A DNA stretch of 63,811 nt, counting the filler, from Guillardia theta CCMP2712 (taxonomy: Eukaryota; Protista; Cryptophyta): the NCBI RefSeq assembly GCF_000315625.1. It is 6 parts of 6 records of this genome, joined end to end, with 100 filler letters (N's around TTAATTAATTAA, not from the genome) between each part and the next. Parts side by side here need not be neighbours in the genome. Positions count along the whole stretch, not along the records: positions 11,635 to 31,950 come from NW_005434352.1; 5 more parts are not named here. One strand, written 5' to 3'. Numbering within the stretch: position 1 is the stretch's first letter; every line of letters starts with the position of its first letter. The notes beneath the pieces were generated by a model. It was not told where the DNA came from, did no database searches, and saw only the letters and a list, made by a program, of their open reading frames with translations. This document shows positions 15,468 through 27,330 of this stretch, piece by piece. A program made the translations under genes and the position numbers.

Positions 15468-16760
15468 ATGACATTCCATGCGTTGATAGTATCAATTGCA
15501 TATTGTATATCAGGGAGTGCATTGACTCTTTTAAACCGATTCGCAATTCGGACTTTTCCATTTTCACATTGTATTCTCCTTATACAATGCTCGAGCACTA
15601 TTCTCTCTATTGGATTCATTTCCCAATTCTGCCATGTCAACATGGAACCTGCAGACCGTTTACAGGTTATGCATTGATTGTATTTGAGTATTGATGACAT
15701 CGATCAGTGGAAGAAGGTCAAGTTATGGCTTCCTATAACCGCAGCATTTGCTGCCACTCTTCTGACCAGCCTGCAAGCTCTTCAGTTCGTTACATCGTCG
15801 ACCCTGACTGTCCTCCGCCACTCCTCGATCATACTCACTGCGGTAATTAAATGTTCCAAATCAGAGCAATCTGACAGAGAAACAGTTCATTGAATATCAT
15901 ATCATGCATACTCAATTTGATCTTGCAGCAGTATTATGTCTTCTTGGAATCTGTCTAGGGGCCCTGGTGTATGGTTTGGCTGATTTGAGCTTCTCCATTT
16001 CAGGATATGTATGGTTAACTATGAACGTGATTGCTATATCTTGGTAAGTATGTTTCTTTACATTTGCGAGTTTGACTGTCTTTACATTTGCGAGTTTGAC
16101 TGTCTATTTAGGTATCAGGTAATGATGAAGAACATTGCCTCACAAAAATTGTTGAATACCCTGGGAATGACACTGTATAACAATGTGTTGTCTGTCCCAC
16201 TGTTCATGTTGCAGACAATCATAAACAAAGAAGGTGATATCTTCTCAAAGCTGAAATCACTTACCAACTACTTCTCTAGACTTGAGAGACGCTTCATTGT
16301 CATCATCCGCTCTCGGAATTTTAGTGGCATCAGCTGTGTGTGGAACAATTCTCAGCATCACTGCAGTAGCGATGAACCAGTATATGACAGCAACTTCGCT
16401 AATGGTTCTAAATCATGTATTTTGATTTACTGTTGTAAATTTTCTGAGCTATTTTTCTTTGTATATCAGGTTAACAAGTTTTGTTTAATTCTTCTCGAGC
16501 ATTTCTTGATTGAACCCACGTTAACATGGATCTCCTTCGCTGGAACATTACAAGTAAGGTTTTTATCAATTTGGCAACTCAAATGAGTGATAGCTGTATT
16601 TAAGGTTATTATGTTTGGATTTCTATATGGAGAATCTCGTATGTCTTCGAGAATTCTTCCAGTCATGTACGCTGAACTGACAACATACCTGTTGTTTGGA
16701 AGTACACTTTCATTCCTTGCTTACAATGTCATCAAGGTGTAATACCAGTAAGAGGCCGTC
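15468..16760 (+). CDS. Nucleotide-sugar transporter (GDP-mannose/GDP-fucose GONST/TPT-like), short introns; 3' end approximate
   Basis: Exons AYCISGSALTLLNRFAIRTFPF, KLWLPITAAFAATLLTSLQALQFVTSSTLTVLRHSSIILTA, DLSFSISGYVW, GMTLYNNVLSVP and TATSLMV/VNKFCLILL match the multi-TM NST pattern. Confidence 0.8.
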
Positions 16761-17099
16761 TCGGCATTTGATTGCTCAATGTGCTTTCTTATTTGAAAAT
16801 AAATTCGTTTACTCAGGTTGTTGCAAAAAGATCTTGTTTTTTCTAGCTTCGAGCCCCTCACAGCTCGCTCCACTTTCTCTTTGATCGGCAGATGCTTTCA
16901 CTGAGGGAAATTCAGATGTCTTCTATGCTTTTTCTCGACACCTTTCTAGCAAACCTTGCGCGCGCGGACTCCCTAGGGGTTAATCTTGATGTGCCGCCTC
17001 AGTCCCCGTACCCGGTAGAAAATCGTGCTTTTCAAGGTCAGCACGGCCTCGGAAAGGGGTCCGGGGACTTAGGCGTTTTCGGGAGGCTTGGAGAGGCCA

Positions 17100-17741
17100 G
17101 ATGGCTGCAGGATCCTTCAGACCAGCCGTCTGGCAGACTTGGAAGAAAGATTGACTAAGGCTCGACACCCTGACCAAGACTCAGTGACTTACAAGCGTCC
17201 AAACTTGGAAAAAACTCTTGTCTGTAAGATACCAGGGTTACTTCGACTTGAGCTGTATAACTTTTTTTCCTTCTCCTCGTACGCCTCTGCCAGGCTTCAA
17301 ACCGCCCTGAATCCTTCACACACCTTTAGAAAAACTTGAGAAATACCCCCCCACACCTCCATGTCGAAATCGGCTAAGGTTGGAGTCGGCACTTTGTTGG
17401 AACCCGACGGCTTTGGCGTAACATAAGGTGGTGTTGAAGAGGTCGGATCAGACAATTCGCTGCAAGATCCTGCAGACTAGCTGTCTGACAGACTTGGGAG
17501 AAAGATTGACCAAGGCTCGACACCTTTACGCTGACTTACAAGCGTCCAAACATGGGCACTTCGTCTCCACTCGACGACTTTGGACTTGTAAAAAAGTGTG
17601 TTGACACAGTCAGATCAGACAGATGGCTGCAGGATCCTTCAGACCAGCCGTCTGGCAGACTTGGAAGAAAGATTGACTAAGGCTCGACACCCTGACCAAG
17701 ACTTACAAGCGTCCAAACTTACAAGCGTCCAAACTTGGAAA
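17100..17741. repeat. Dispersed ~80-110-bp direct repeat, 3 copies
   Basis: GATGGCTGCAGGATCCTTCAGACCAGCCGTCTGGCAGACTTGGAAGAAAGATTGACTAAGGCTCGACACCCTGACCAAGACT at ~17100 and ~17620, with a degenerate copy at ~17458; each is followed by ACTTACAAGCGTCCAAA. Confidence 0.85.
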
Positions 17742-18685
17742 AGTGGCCAGCCATCTCTGGGGAACTCGAGGAGGTGGCCGGGTTGTGTAGCAAACTCTCT
17801 CTCGCCGACCGCCTCAACCCAACACTGTCGTTTAGCATTCGGACCCGCCTCAGAGTGATATGAAGCTGCTAGCATGACTGCGGCGGCAAGTATGGCAAGT
17901 TGGTAGTGGAGTCTTTTTAAGGGCCACCCATTCATCGAGCAACTAATGAAACAACAAATGAACACCTGAGCTATGTGTCACAAAGAGATGTTATTGTGCA
18001 ATGTAGGAAAGAAGAAGTCGCAACAAAATTCATCCATTTCAACATTTTTGTCTCATGCGAACTCTAACAATCTCTCAGATAATTCCCTCACTGTTATGGT
18101 GCCAGAAAATTTTTCACATCACAATGGTGAGAAAGTTTTTGAGAATTGACAGAAATCCTCATGAGACAAACATCTGAGACTGTGAAATTTGAGCGAAGCG
18201 AGAATTGCAAGCAGAATGATGTGAAATAAAAAGATATGAGTGTGTCCCCAGAGCACTTGTGGCTGCCAGCGAAGACCCTTCATTCAGAAATTCGTCAAGT
18301 AGTATATGCCTTCGAACAAACAGCGCAGGATGACGCAGTATCAATGTTTCCGGGTCGCACAGTGGGAGCGATTTGGTATACAGGACCTGAGACTCACACC
18401 GCACACCGAAAAGCACGTGTAGGGGAAATCTCTAACGAAACAAAATGGAAGGTTATGCGTGCCTCATCTTGTACTTACAAAGCGGAAATATTTTCGGGAC
18501 ATTGCTTGAGAGGATCTGGAGGAAAATGACGTCCTGAAGGACTTCGTTACCAATTCACAAGCTCATGAATATTCCACTGTCAAATTCTTCGAGGAACCTG
18601 AAGCAGTTGTTACGTAACTTTGCTGCTTTGATGGAAGAAAAAGTTGCTTGGGGTAGTCCATCTCGACAATTGAAGGTCTGCTTGC

Positions 18686-19771
18686 TCATGGTCTTCTACC
18701 TGCATCTCTGAACGTCGCCAAAACACCGGTAAGAGTTTTATTCCAAGGTTTGCAAGTAATCATATCATCCTCCAGAAACCAATGTCCCCATTGCCTTGCT
18801 CGATTCACTTTGGGTTGCGTGCCTACGAGAAAATTGTTGTTCAGTATCACAGGTAATTTACCCCTACATGATTCGAAATATTTTGAATTTTTGTTGTACC
18901 ACAATCCAGAAGCAAACAAGCACCTGTCCAAGTTCACAAATTTCACTGTTTTGTCTCGCTTCAAGAACTCATGAAATACTTCTTGTTCGTGCAAAACCTG
19001 ATGGGGTCCAATTGTAACAGTATCACGTTGAGTCGTATACTGACTGATTTCGCGTATCATTCTAGCATACACCTCTTCCCACATTCGTGAACCAGGTGAA
19101 GAAGATTTGATGTACATGAATCCAGCCCCTACTGCTGGCTCCAAAGCTGGTTCACCATCACGATATAGCAAAAGGTCACAATGCATCATTGACTCAGAAA
19201 TAACAGGAATGACACTACGAGTCCAAACACAATCTGTCTCAAACATTAACACATTGCGATTTTTGAGAATTCGAATCAGATAATGCACTCGTAGAATTGT
19301 CAATTTCCTGTAACCCAGACTGTAAAATCCATGTGAGACTGCTCTCTCCTGGACAACAAACACTTTGACATCCAAAGCATGGTTTCGGATTGAGTTTTGC
19401 ATCTCAGTTGTGGTCACGGCCAGCAGAGTGCGTCGGTGTACGTCTGGCATGTGTGCAGTGTTACAGAGCCAATGCAAGATGAAAGGGAGATGATCTGCAT
19501 TACCAAACGCGTACATGATGAAATCACCTGGCATCCCACTGACCACCATGTCTAAGTCATCCAAACTACTTCCATTGGACGTAAGAGCAGATCGAGAAAT
19601 GTTCACTCTGTTGTACTCGAACAGATAAAAGTTGAAATTCAACCTTTGAACTAACAAAAAGTTCGATCGTAATTTAACAAAGATCAAACACATCACAAAA
19701 GCGAGTACGAAGCAGGAAATCCTTGTTACCGCTGAGGTTACGAATGTGGACTGTAAACAAATCTTTACCAT
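18686..19771 (-). CDS. Nucleotide-diphospho-sugar transferase (GT77 / Nucleotid_trans-like), type II membrane, intronless, 361 aa
   Basis: N-terminal TM, then FILHWLCN, VLMFETDCVW (DxD-like), VGAGFMYIKS, HEQ, LDRCLFASGLWY and ILNNNFLVG..KV.RARQWGHWFL, which are family-typical motifs. Confidence 0.82.
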   Translation of the reverse strand: MVKICLQSTFVTSAVTRISCFVLAFVMCLIFVKLRSNFLLVQRLNFNFYLFEYNRVNISRSALTSNGSSLDDLDMVVSGMPGDFIMYAFGNADHLPFILHWLCNTAHMPDVHRRTLLAVTTTEMQNSIRNHALDVKVFVVQERAVSHGFYSLGYRKLTILRVHYLIRILKNRNVLMFETDCVWTRSVIPVISESMMHCDLLLYRDGEPALEPAVGAGFMYIKSSSPGSRMWEEVYARMIREISQYTTQRDTVTIGPHQVLHEQEVFHEFLKRDKTVKFVNLDRCLFASGLWYNKNSKYFESCRGKLPVILNNNFLVGTQPKVNRARQWGHWFLEDDMITCKPWNKTLTGVLATFRDAGRRP

Positions 19772-19953
19772 GATCTCGGTTGTGAAGGCAACCCGTATTG
19801 TAACGGTTAGTTTGATTTGAAGTTACAAGGGAGGATGGGGTGGTCTTTGTGGGCTCGCCTCAGAGTTGAAGTTTGAGGTTAAGTTCAAGTTTAAGTTCAA
19901 GTTCAAGTTCAAGTTCAAAGTTCAAAGTTAATCTAGTGATTAAGGTTTAGGGT

Positions 19954-22067
19954 CATTCTGGGGTCAAACCGCGTTGGTTTTCGTCCCATATCTTCAAGGG
20001 GGTGGTGCATGGGAAACTGGGGGTACACGGCGTGTGATTCGCGCAGGTTGAAATTCTGTACTGTTGAAATTCAAACCATATTCAAAACCGTGATTAAAAG
20101 TGATTTTGGAAGTTTAGCTTATCGTTTCTTGGTACTTTCTAAAATGTTTTAATTCTACACGCCTTCACCCACTACCCCAGCGCGTCTCCCCTCACCATTC
20201 TGCTCTCATGTCGCGAAGCTCTTCTCTTCCGATCCTTGTCTTCCGTGTTTGAGTTTTGTGCGAGCATGTGCCCAATTTGCAGTCACTCGCAGCAGGTGAG
20301 CCTCATCAATATTTCTCTTCGTCAAACCCGCTGTGCCGGTTGGTGAAAATGTTATTGTGCATAATCTGTTTCAAAGTCTGGATTGTGGAACGCATCCATG
20401 GAAGGGGACGAGTATACCACGAACACACACGAGCATGAAGAGACTCCAAAGTATTTTGTGAGAGGAGAAGGTGCAAATGAACTCGTTCCATCACACAGGT
20501 ATGGAGTTCTTCTGTGGATTGTTCTTTTGCTAATCGTTGTGAACAGGTAGCAAAAGCCTGGCGATGTTGAGAACTAGATTCTGCATGGTTACAGCTGAAG
20601 CGTATTACAAGATTCCAAGACCTTTATTCCATGAAGACCTTCATCTTCATGTACTGGATGGAATTTCATATTTATGAGAGATTCTTCACTGTGCCACATG
20701 ACTTGTTCACATCATGTTTGAACTTCTCCGCCTTTGAATGATGCATCTCTTGTTGCATGACTTAAAAACACTTTATGAAGATGCATAGTCTTGTATTTAT
20801 CCATGTCCACATGCTCAAAGCCTTGCCACTTTGTGACAAACAAGATTGAAACCTCTTGAAGACAGCAAACCCAACGGCACGGTGTTGGATGGCAGTGCAC
20901 CTACAGCATGTGCTTCCATTCTGTTGTGCGCGCACCATATGCTATTGTAGTTGTCATTATCATTGACTGGGAGTCCGTGTCAATTTGCTGGTAGTTCGAC
21001 ATCCTGAGATAAATGCTTCGAATGAATAATAAATGTCAAATCAGATATCATCTCCAACCTTGATTCTACTTTCATGTCAGTCTGATTGCAACGCACAATG
21101 GATTCTTGCATGCAAGCTTACAAGCTCGAGTCTTTATCCCTGATATGATCTGAGGCTTAATTGGACGTCAACAGCTCCGCCATTAGGGAAGCAAAGCAAA
21201 GTTCATGCATTTCACCAAATGTGCAAACATGCAAAGGACTTGAGTGAGGAGAGTTTGGAGAGGAGGGGAGATACTTCAACAAGAGCTTCGTGAGAGTCAA
21301 GTAATTGGCATTTTTCAAAGAATCAAATATCATCAAACTTTTTCTGAAGATGTGAAGCAACGACGTAACGAAGCGTACAGAATAGATGACGAGGAGGGAG
21401 TCAAGTGAGATGTTATTGTGCCTTAATGAATGTGGACTCGTCATGATCTTACAGATATTATTATTCAGTTGTCTTTTCAGATAAAGTACATTACTCTGAG
21501 AGCCCAGAATTCTTGAAGAGAAAATTGATGATACGATTGACTTGGTCGTCGGAAATGTAGGATGGCGAACTCATGCAGATTGATCCACTCCTGCAAGTTC
21601 ACCAAGTAAGAATTTATGCTGGATTCTTGATGCCAAGTGTACCTTGCGATCATCTTCTTACTCGGCAGTCCTTCACCTGTGCTCATGGTGGCAGCTCGCT
21701 GACCTTGCTGCTGTGCTCGCCCGGCGGCTCAGCATGACGGTGTGCGATTTGTCGATGGGAATGATGGGGAGTGTTTCCCCACCCTCATCGACAGGGTGGG
21801 TCATCAAAATTGTTTTAGATGGTACAAATCAGCAGTTATGAACCGTTACTCAGTACAACTGTTTGTACCACGGATTCGAATAAACAATTCATTGCCGTTA
21901 AAACAAATGGACACGCCAGTTCAAAATTTGAAGCACCCCTACCACTGATCTTACCGAGCAACACCCCTCAAAAACCATGGGGTACACTACCACCGGTATC
22001 CTATGAGAACAGCATACGCATTCCTCTTTTGCGTTAATAAAGACCAACGCGGTTTGACCCCAGAATG
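19954..22067 (+). mobile_element. 2.1-kb TIR DNA transposon with decayed KDZ-like transposase
   Basis: Perfect 25-bp inverted repeats CATTCTGGGGTCAAACCGCGTTGGT (19954-19978 / 22043-22067), with GT on both flanks. Internal frameshifted fragments read CAHHMLL..SLTG, ILACKL and SPNVQTCKGLE*GE../SLERR../YFNK (cf. KDZ CxH, YDIACKL, GLxDGExxERxW). Confidence 0.7.
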
Positions 22068-22216
22068 GTATCGGAAACAGTCACTGAGTCGAATGAGTTT
22101 TCGTTGAAGTCAAGTTTATTGAAGATCAAAGAGATTTTTAAAGTCAAAGTTAAGGCCTGACATATGCGGACGAACGATATGTTCGTTGATCAGCAAGAAG
22201 AGGAACTTATAGAGAC

Positions 22217-25200
22217 TGAAATTCCAGGATTACTGATTAGCGCTTTTAATGACCGGTACTTTTGACTGCTCATATACGGGTACTTGCCCTCGCACAGAAG
22301 CACCCTTTTACCCCCATTATCATCTGGTAATAGGGGGTGGGGTATTTGAATTGTCATGGGCGGTAACCTTCAAGACCACCCCGGGCCACCCCGGGCAGTT
22401 TCCCACCGCTCACGGTACCATATTCGTAAATCATGAATTGGGGTACCTTGTTTGATGGGGGTGGGCAGTCGGGTTCGAATTTTTGTACCAGAAATAATAT
22501 TTGAGTAATTACATAAAAGTTGTTTTTGAGAGATTTTAGGATGTATATATGGTACAAAAGCTCCTGGTAACCCCTCTGGTTGACCCGGATCCTCACCACC
22601 CCCTCCCTCCCCCCTTAAATCAAGTTGTGCTAGCCGTGTTCCCCTTCCTTCCCCGCCCTGCAACCATCATGCCCCTTCCTCCCTGCCGCGCCATCTCACG
22701 GTGACCATCCCTTCCCCTCCACGCCCCTCCAACCATCCGGCCTTCCCCTCTCCCCCCCTCCAACCATCCGGCCTTCCCCTCTCCGCCCCTCCAACCATCC
22801 GGCCTTCCTCTCCTCGCCCCTCCAACCATCCGGACTTCCCTTCCCCGCCACTCCAACCATCCCCTCCCCACCCCTCCAACCACCGGGGCCTTCCTTCTCG
22901 CACAGGCTCCCGACGACCATCCCTTCCCCTCCCCGCCCCTCCAACCATCCCACCTCCCAGTTGTTGTTCCTCCCGATGAGTTGCCGCCCAAGATGGGAGT
23001 ACCTCAATTGATCAAAATCCCTTTTTCTTCTCTCGGGATGTTATTCCAGCAAGACACTGGCGCTCCTCAACTTGTGCTTCGTGAGGTAGTTGAGAGTCGC
23101 AAACGCGTGACTTTCTAAAACCCAAGTATGGGAATCTCGTTCTTGGACGGTGACTCAAACAAACAACTCGGGCATGGTATAAGACAAAAAGTAATCGAGA
23201 GTCATGTAGATGTTTACATTCTTTACACCAAGGATATCTTCAGACAACTGCAAGCCAATGTCTTGAGTGGAGTCGTTCAACTTAGCAATACCGTTGAACT
23301 TCACTGGCAATTGGAATTTAAACAATGGTGGCTGCAGCTGAGAGGAAAACCAAAGACTCGTTGTCTTGCTGCCGCAGAAGAAGCTCCTTTGAGATTGAAT
23401 GTGGAGATACAGGATACGTGCAATGCTGTTTTGTTTCTATCTGAGATCATGCAAACTGATTGGGCCCAATAAAGGTAGTAGCCATTTCTAAGAACCTCTG
23501 TTGTGCAAATGTAATTGAACATACCCTTTCATGATTCACAACTGCGCTTCGCGGCCACGAGGGACTGGTAGTATGGGCCATTGACAATCAGCTTGTGAAG
23601 ACAGAAACTGCCGCTAACGAGGTTGGATGGCTGATTTTCAGATTTGCCAAGATCTAGCGTTATGGCTAGACTGGAAAAAATATCTGGACCCAAATAGTTC
23701 CTGTTAAGCCGGCTTACCAAGGCCATTTCAGCTTACAAGCTCATCCGCGCCAAAGATAGCAAATAAAACTTTTAGGTTAAATTTATGTATTCAAAATCAT
23801 TTGTAATTCTCTTGCTTTGCCGCGGTTCCACATTGAGGGCCAACTCACCATGCTCAGCAAGTTTCTGGGGACGACTTCATCAACGGCTCATGTTTTCTTT
23901 CCTCTCTTCGACGTTTTCCTGAAACAAAAATGGAAATGGTGACTTCAGTTGCCTTCTTAGGATTGCCAGTTGATAATGTCATTGTTGCACAGTCATAGCC
24001 TCCATTGATCGTGACAACAAGCCGTTGTGTTTCCCGTGAAGGTTGAAGATATCAATCCACTCTTCGACAAGTTGAAGAAGGCCGAGACCATGAGTCCCAC
24101 CATCCACTCTTACCTGTGATATTTTTGGCAAAGGAACAAAGCAGCCAGCCATGCTATCGTTTGCACGACAGAATCCTTGGTACTGCGATTTCGTTATACC
24201 GTTTGCTGTGAGGGCAACTGCTGCTTCCCGTGGGGTAGCCATCATTTGTCTGACCACAGGTTTCAGGCAGTTTTGAAGCTCCTTATTCGTGGCAAGTTCA
24301 TTCTTTAAGAAGAACGTAAGGCTATCGTATTTCGAAGTTTTGCACTTCGGAAGTTCTGCTTTCGCGGCCCCTCGACCGCTTCCTCTCCCCCGGCAGAGTC
24401 TTCCTCATTGTAGCGGTGTAATAGATCAGCAAAATGTCCCCATTTCACTCGAAAATTGGCCTTGTGTGATGCAAATTGCCGATCTACCTTCTTCGTGACC
24501 ACATCTAGAAGGTCCGAGGCTCATCAGTGTCACCCTGGATCTTCGTCAGAATCGCTGTTTTCACTTTTGGATCTTTGATAGCATCGTAACAAGCCGGGTT
24601 TGGTTCATCGGAGTCAGGGGAAATAATCGCTTCGCGCATGGCTTCATCCACATGATCACTAAAACCTCCATGCTCCTCAGACTCTAGTAAGATTCGAAGC
24701 AACAACTCAGGAGATCTACCTGCATCCCAGGTGTTACAAAGATTTGAATTTTACAAATGATCTCTTTTCAAACCTATGGCCTTCTCCTTGTTTATAGAGG
24801 AAGCCCTCTCGTCTTGCCAGAAACTCCCAGGTGAGTTGATTGAATTCATCATCATCCAGCCTGGCAGGGTGATGGTTTGCGACGTCTGCACGAACTTCCT
24901 TGCAAAAGGTGGGGATGACGGATTTGATATATTTGGTCCTGACATGATTAATCAATGTTTCAATGTTCAAACTATATTGGTAAATTTCAAGATCCCACTG
25001 ACATGTCTCTCAACCAGAGCCGTGGCAATTGGCCTCTAGGAAACATTTAAATCCCTGAAATAGGGATGGGTGGGGTGGGATCAGGGGAACAGGGGGGACT
25101 ACCCTACCCCCTATTTGTCAAAGCACTAGCAGAGAAGGACCCGGTGGCTTCATTCTTGTACCAAAACCAGAAACACAGTACACCATGAATTTGAATCAGG

Positions 25201-25491
25201 TACAAAATACCTTCGAACATTTGTATTGTGTTTCCAATTTATATTTGTTTTATGATTATCCGTATCCTTCTAAAAAGTTTTCGCAGCCTTAAAACATGTC
25301 GTCTGTTAAAAGTTTCGAGGGGAGTGGGGTGGTCTTGAAGGTTACCGCCCATGACAATTCAAATACCCCACCCCCTATTACTAGATGATAATGGGGGTAA
25401 AAGGGTGCTTCTGTGCGAGGGCAAGTACCCGTATATGGGCAGTCAAAAGTACCGGTCATTAAAAGCGCTAATCAGTAATCCTGGAATTTCA
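22217..25491 (-). mobile_element. 3.3-kb DNA transposon with 166-bp TIRs and a decayed RAG1/Transib-like transposase
   Basis: Inverted repeats 22217-22382 and 25326-25491 (two mismatches by eye). The minus-strand pseudogene has ordered motifs P..SQY..R..G.F.PL, LVVTINGGYD, KVLFAIFGADE, CLHKLIVN and NVNIYM..PEL. The TIR call is firm; the family call is moderate. Confidence 0.7.
22703..22953. repeat. C-rich ~29-bp subterminal tandem repeat (CCCCTCCAACCATCCGGCCTTCCC...)
   Basis: About 8 imperfect copies inside the 166-bp-TIR element. Confidence 0.85.
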
Positions 25492-25669
25492 TATACCAGT
25501 GCAGCCCCCTGAATCCCAATATAGTGCGATATAAAAAAGTCTTGTCTCGGTCACGTGATGTGTCACGTGACCGGTCAGGTGAGCCTGTCAGCCGGGTCAC
25601 GGCCCCTGTCAGCCGGCTGACATGTCACGGGCCTGCTGACACGGTCCGCTGACCGGTCACGGCCGCCCG

Positions 25670-25861
25670 GAGACATCAGGCCCCCGGCCAATCTCCGGAC
25701 ACTTAGCCTCCTGGCGGGCCTCCAGGGGGTCTGAGGCGGGGCTGAAGGCTGCAGTCGGTCTACTGACCGGCCCGGCCGGCAGTCGGTCTACTGGCAGTCG
25801 GTCTACTGAGACATCAGGCCCCCGGCCAATCTCCGGACACTTAGCCTCCTGGCGGGCCTCC
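25670..25861. repeat. 54-bp GC-rich direct repeat, 2 copies
   Basis: GAGACATCAGGCCCCCGGCCAATCTCCGGACACTTAGCCTCCTGGCGGGCCTCC at 25670 and 25808. Confidence 0.85.
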
Positions 25862-26299
25862 CATTCTGGGGTCTTTTGTGGAAGTCGTTTCTTAACAAAT
25901 CGACGATATTTGTATTTCGTTTCTCAGGGGAGGGGTGGATACCGACCCCTCCGTTTTTGCGGGGTATTAAGCTGGTTTTTGGTCGGTGGGGGTACTTGTA
26001 GAATTCCCGGGTCACCTCGAACTTGAGCTAGCACTGGGTAAGTCGAAAAGACTCCTCTTAGATTACCGTTACGATTCAATTTGAAGTAACGAGTGGTCAA
26101 AAAGTACCCCACCCCACATCTTACAATGCATGAAGGGGGTTCAGAGCCCAAATTTCGAATCATTGTTATTTGACCTGAATCACTACCCCCTACCCCCAAT
26201 CCAGATGAAATCGCTGGAAAAAATAAGGTAGAGGTGGTCTTATTCCTCTACTCCACAGGGCGACACCACAGGCCAGGGCAAGAGGCGATGGGGAAGGCA

Positions 26300-27330
26300 C
26301 CTTACCAACGCGCTAGATACGATTATGCAAGCTTAGAGACTTCGAATCTTGATGTAGTCTAACATGATTGAAAGCAGAACTATGAAAGTGTTGCCATCTG
26401 GCATGCATGCCTCGATTTACGGACAGCCGATATCCCTCACTCTGGTGATAAAACCATTCAGCGTGTGGTGGATACAAAATTACGTTGCAAAGGCGTGCTG
26501 CAACTTGCTGCATTGCTTGATAGTACATATGCGTTCGACTCGATGACGATAGAGCGATTCAAAACCATCATGATTCTGTGGATAGTTCGACAGATTGATC
26601 ACTTCTTGGATACACAGCAGAGCTGGCTTTTCGCATCCTTGTTCAAAATCCTTGTTCAAATCAGTCTCCCACAGAGCGGCCTTTAGGTAAGATAGCCCTA
26701 CAACTTGCATCATCGGACTATCGCTTTCTTCCGAAGTCCAGGCTCTTCCTGCCCCGCGTGAACTTAATGCCGACGTCGTGTTGGGCGACACTTCAAGTTT
26801 CACATGGATACGCCATGTTCTCGCCAAAGTGCTAATGAAGACTTACAAATGCTTTGCGATGTTCCATCTCGTTCATTCTTACTGAAATATACCACCTTGA
26901 AGTGTGCTTGTGCTTGTGTTGTTCTACATCCTGCACCATGCGCTTGCAGCACTGGGTTGAATTGAATACATCAACTGTCATTTCTCATGTCTACACCTGA
27001 GTGTATGCATGCGTGCATATCATGGAAAGAAACATGTCATCTTACGATTTCCAAATAGTGATGCATGTTAGCGTTGTAAATGCTAATGCTAAACATCACT
27101 GGTTTTGCTTGTCAATGACAACTTGAGCAAATCACAAGAGGTTTTCACAATTACAAGAAGCATGCATACATGATGCGGTTGACTTGACAAGAAATTCACA
27201 CAAACATTTGTTGGTTCATTTATGTGCATGTCTCCTTTATGTATGGAACGCATCATTAGGACTCTAAGCTTACGGTTGAACATGATTGCAATGAAAGAAA
27301 CCTTAATGAAACGATGAAAGAATCCTGAAA
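26300..27330 (-). pseudogene. Decayed KDZ-like transposase, catalytic half
   Basis: Minus-strand fragments FGENMAYP and VAQHDVGIKF (~26755-26830; cf. GExxAYP, YDIGCKF), then LQHAFA and VRDIGC..IEAC (~26405-26505). Confidence 0.5.

Noticed and set aside
17100-17741. Direct repeats as LTRs of a retroelement
   Set aside because: No TG...CA ends, primer-binding site, or RT/gag remnant between them.
17870-18660. Decayed ORF as a retrotransposon restriction-like endonuclease
   Set aside because: Only vague resemblance; no convincing CCHC or PD-(D/E)xK motif.
22383-25325. RAG2-like partner gene inside the 166-bp TIR element
   Set aside because: No kelch or PHD signal, and no room beyond the decayed transposase.
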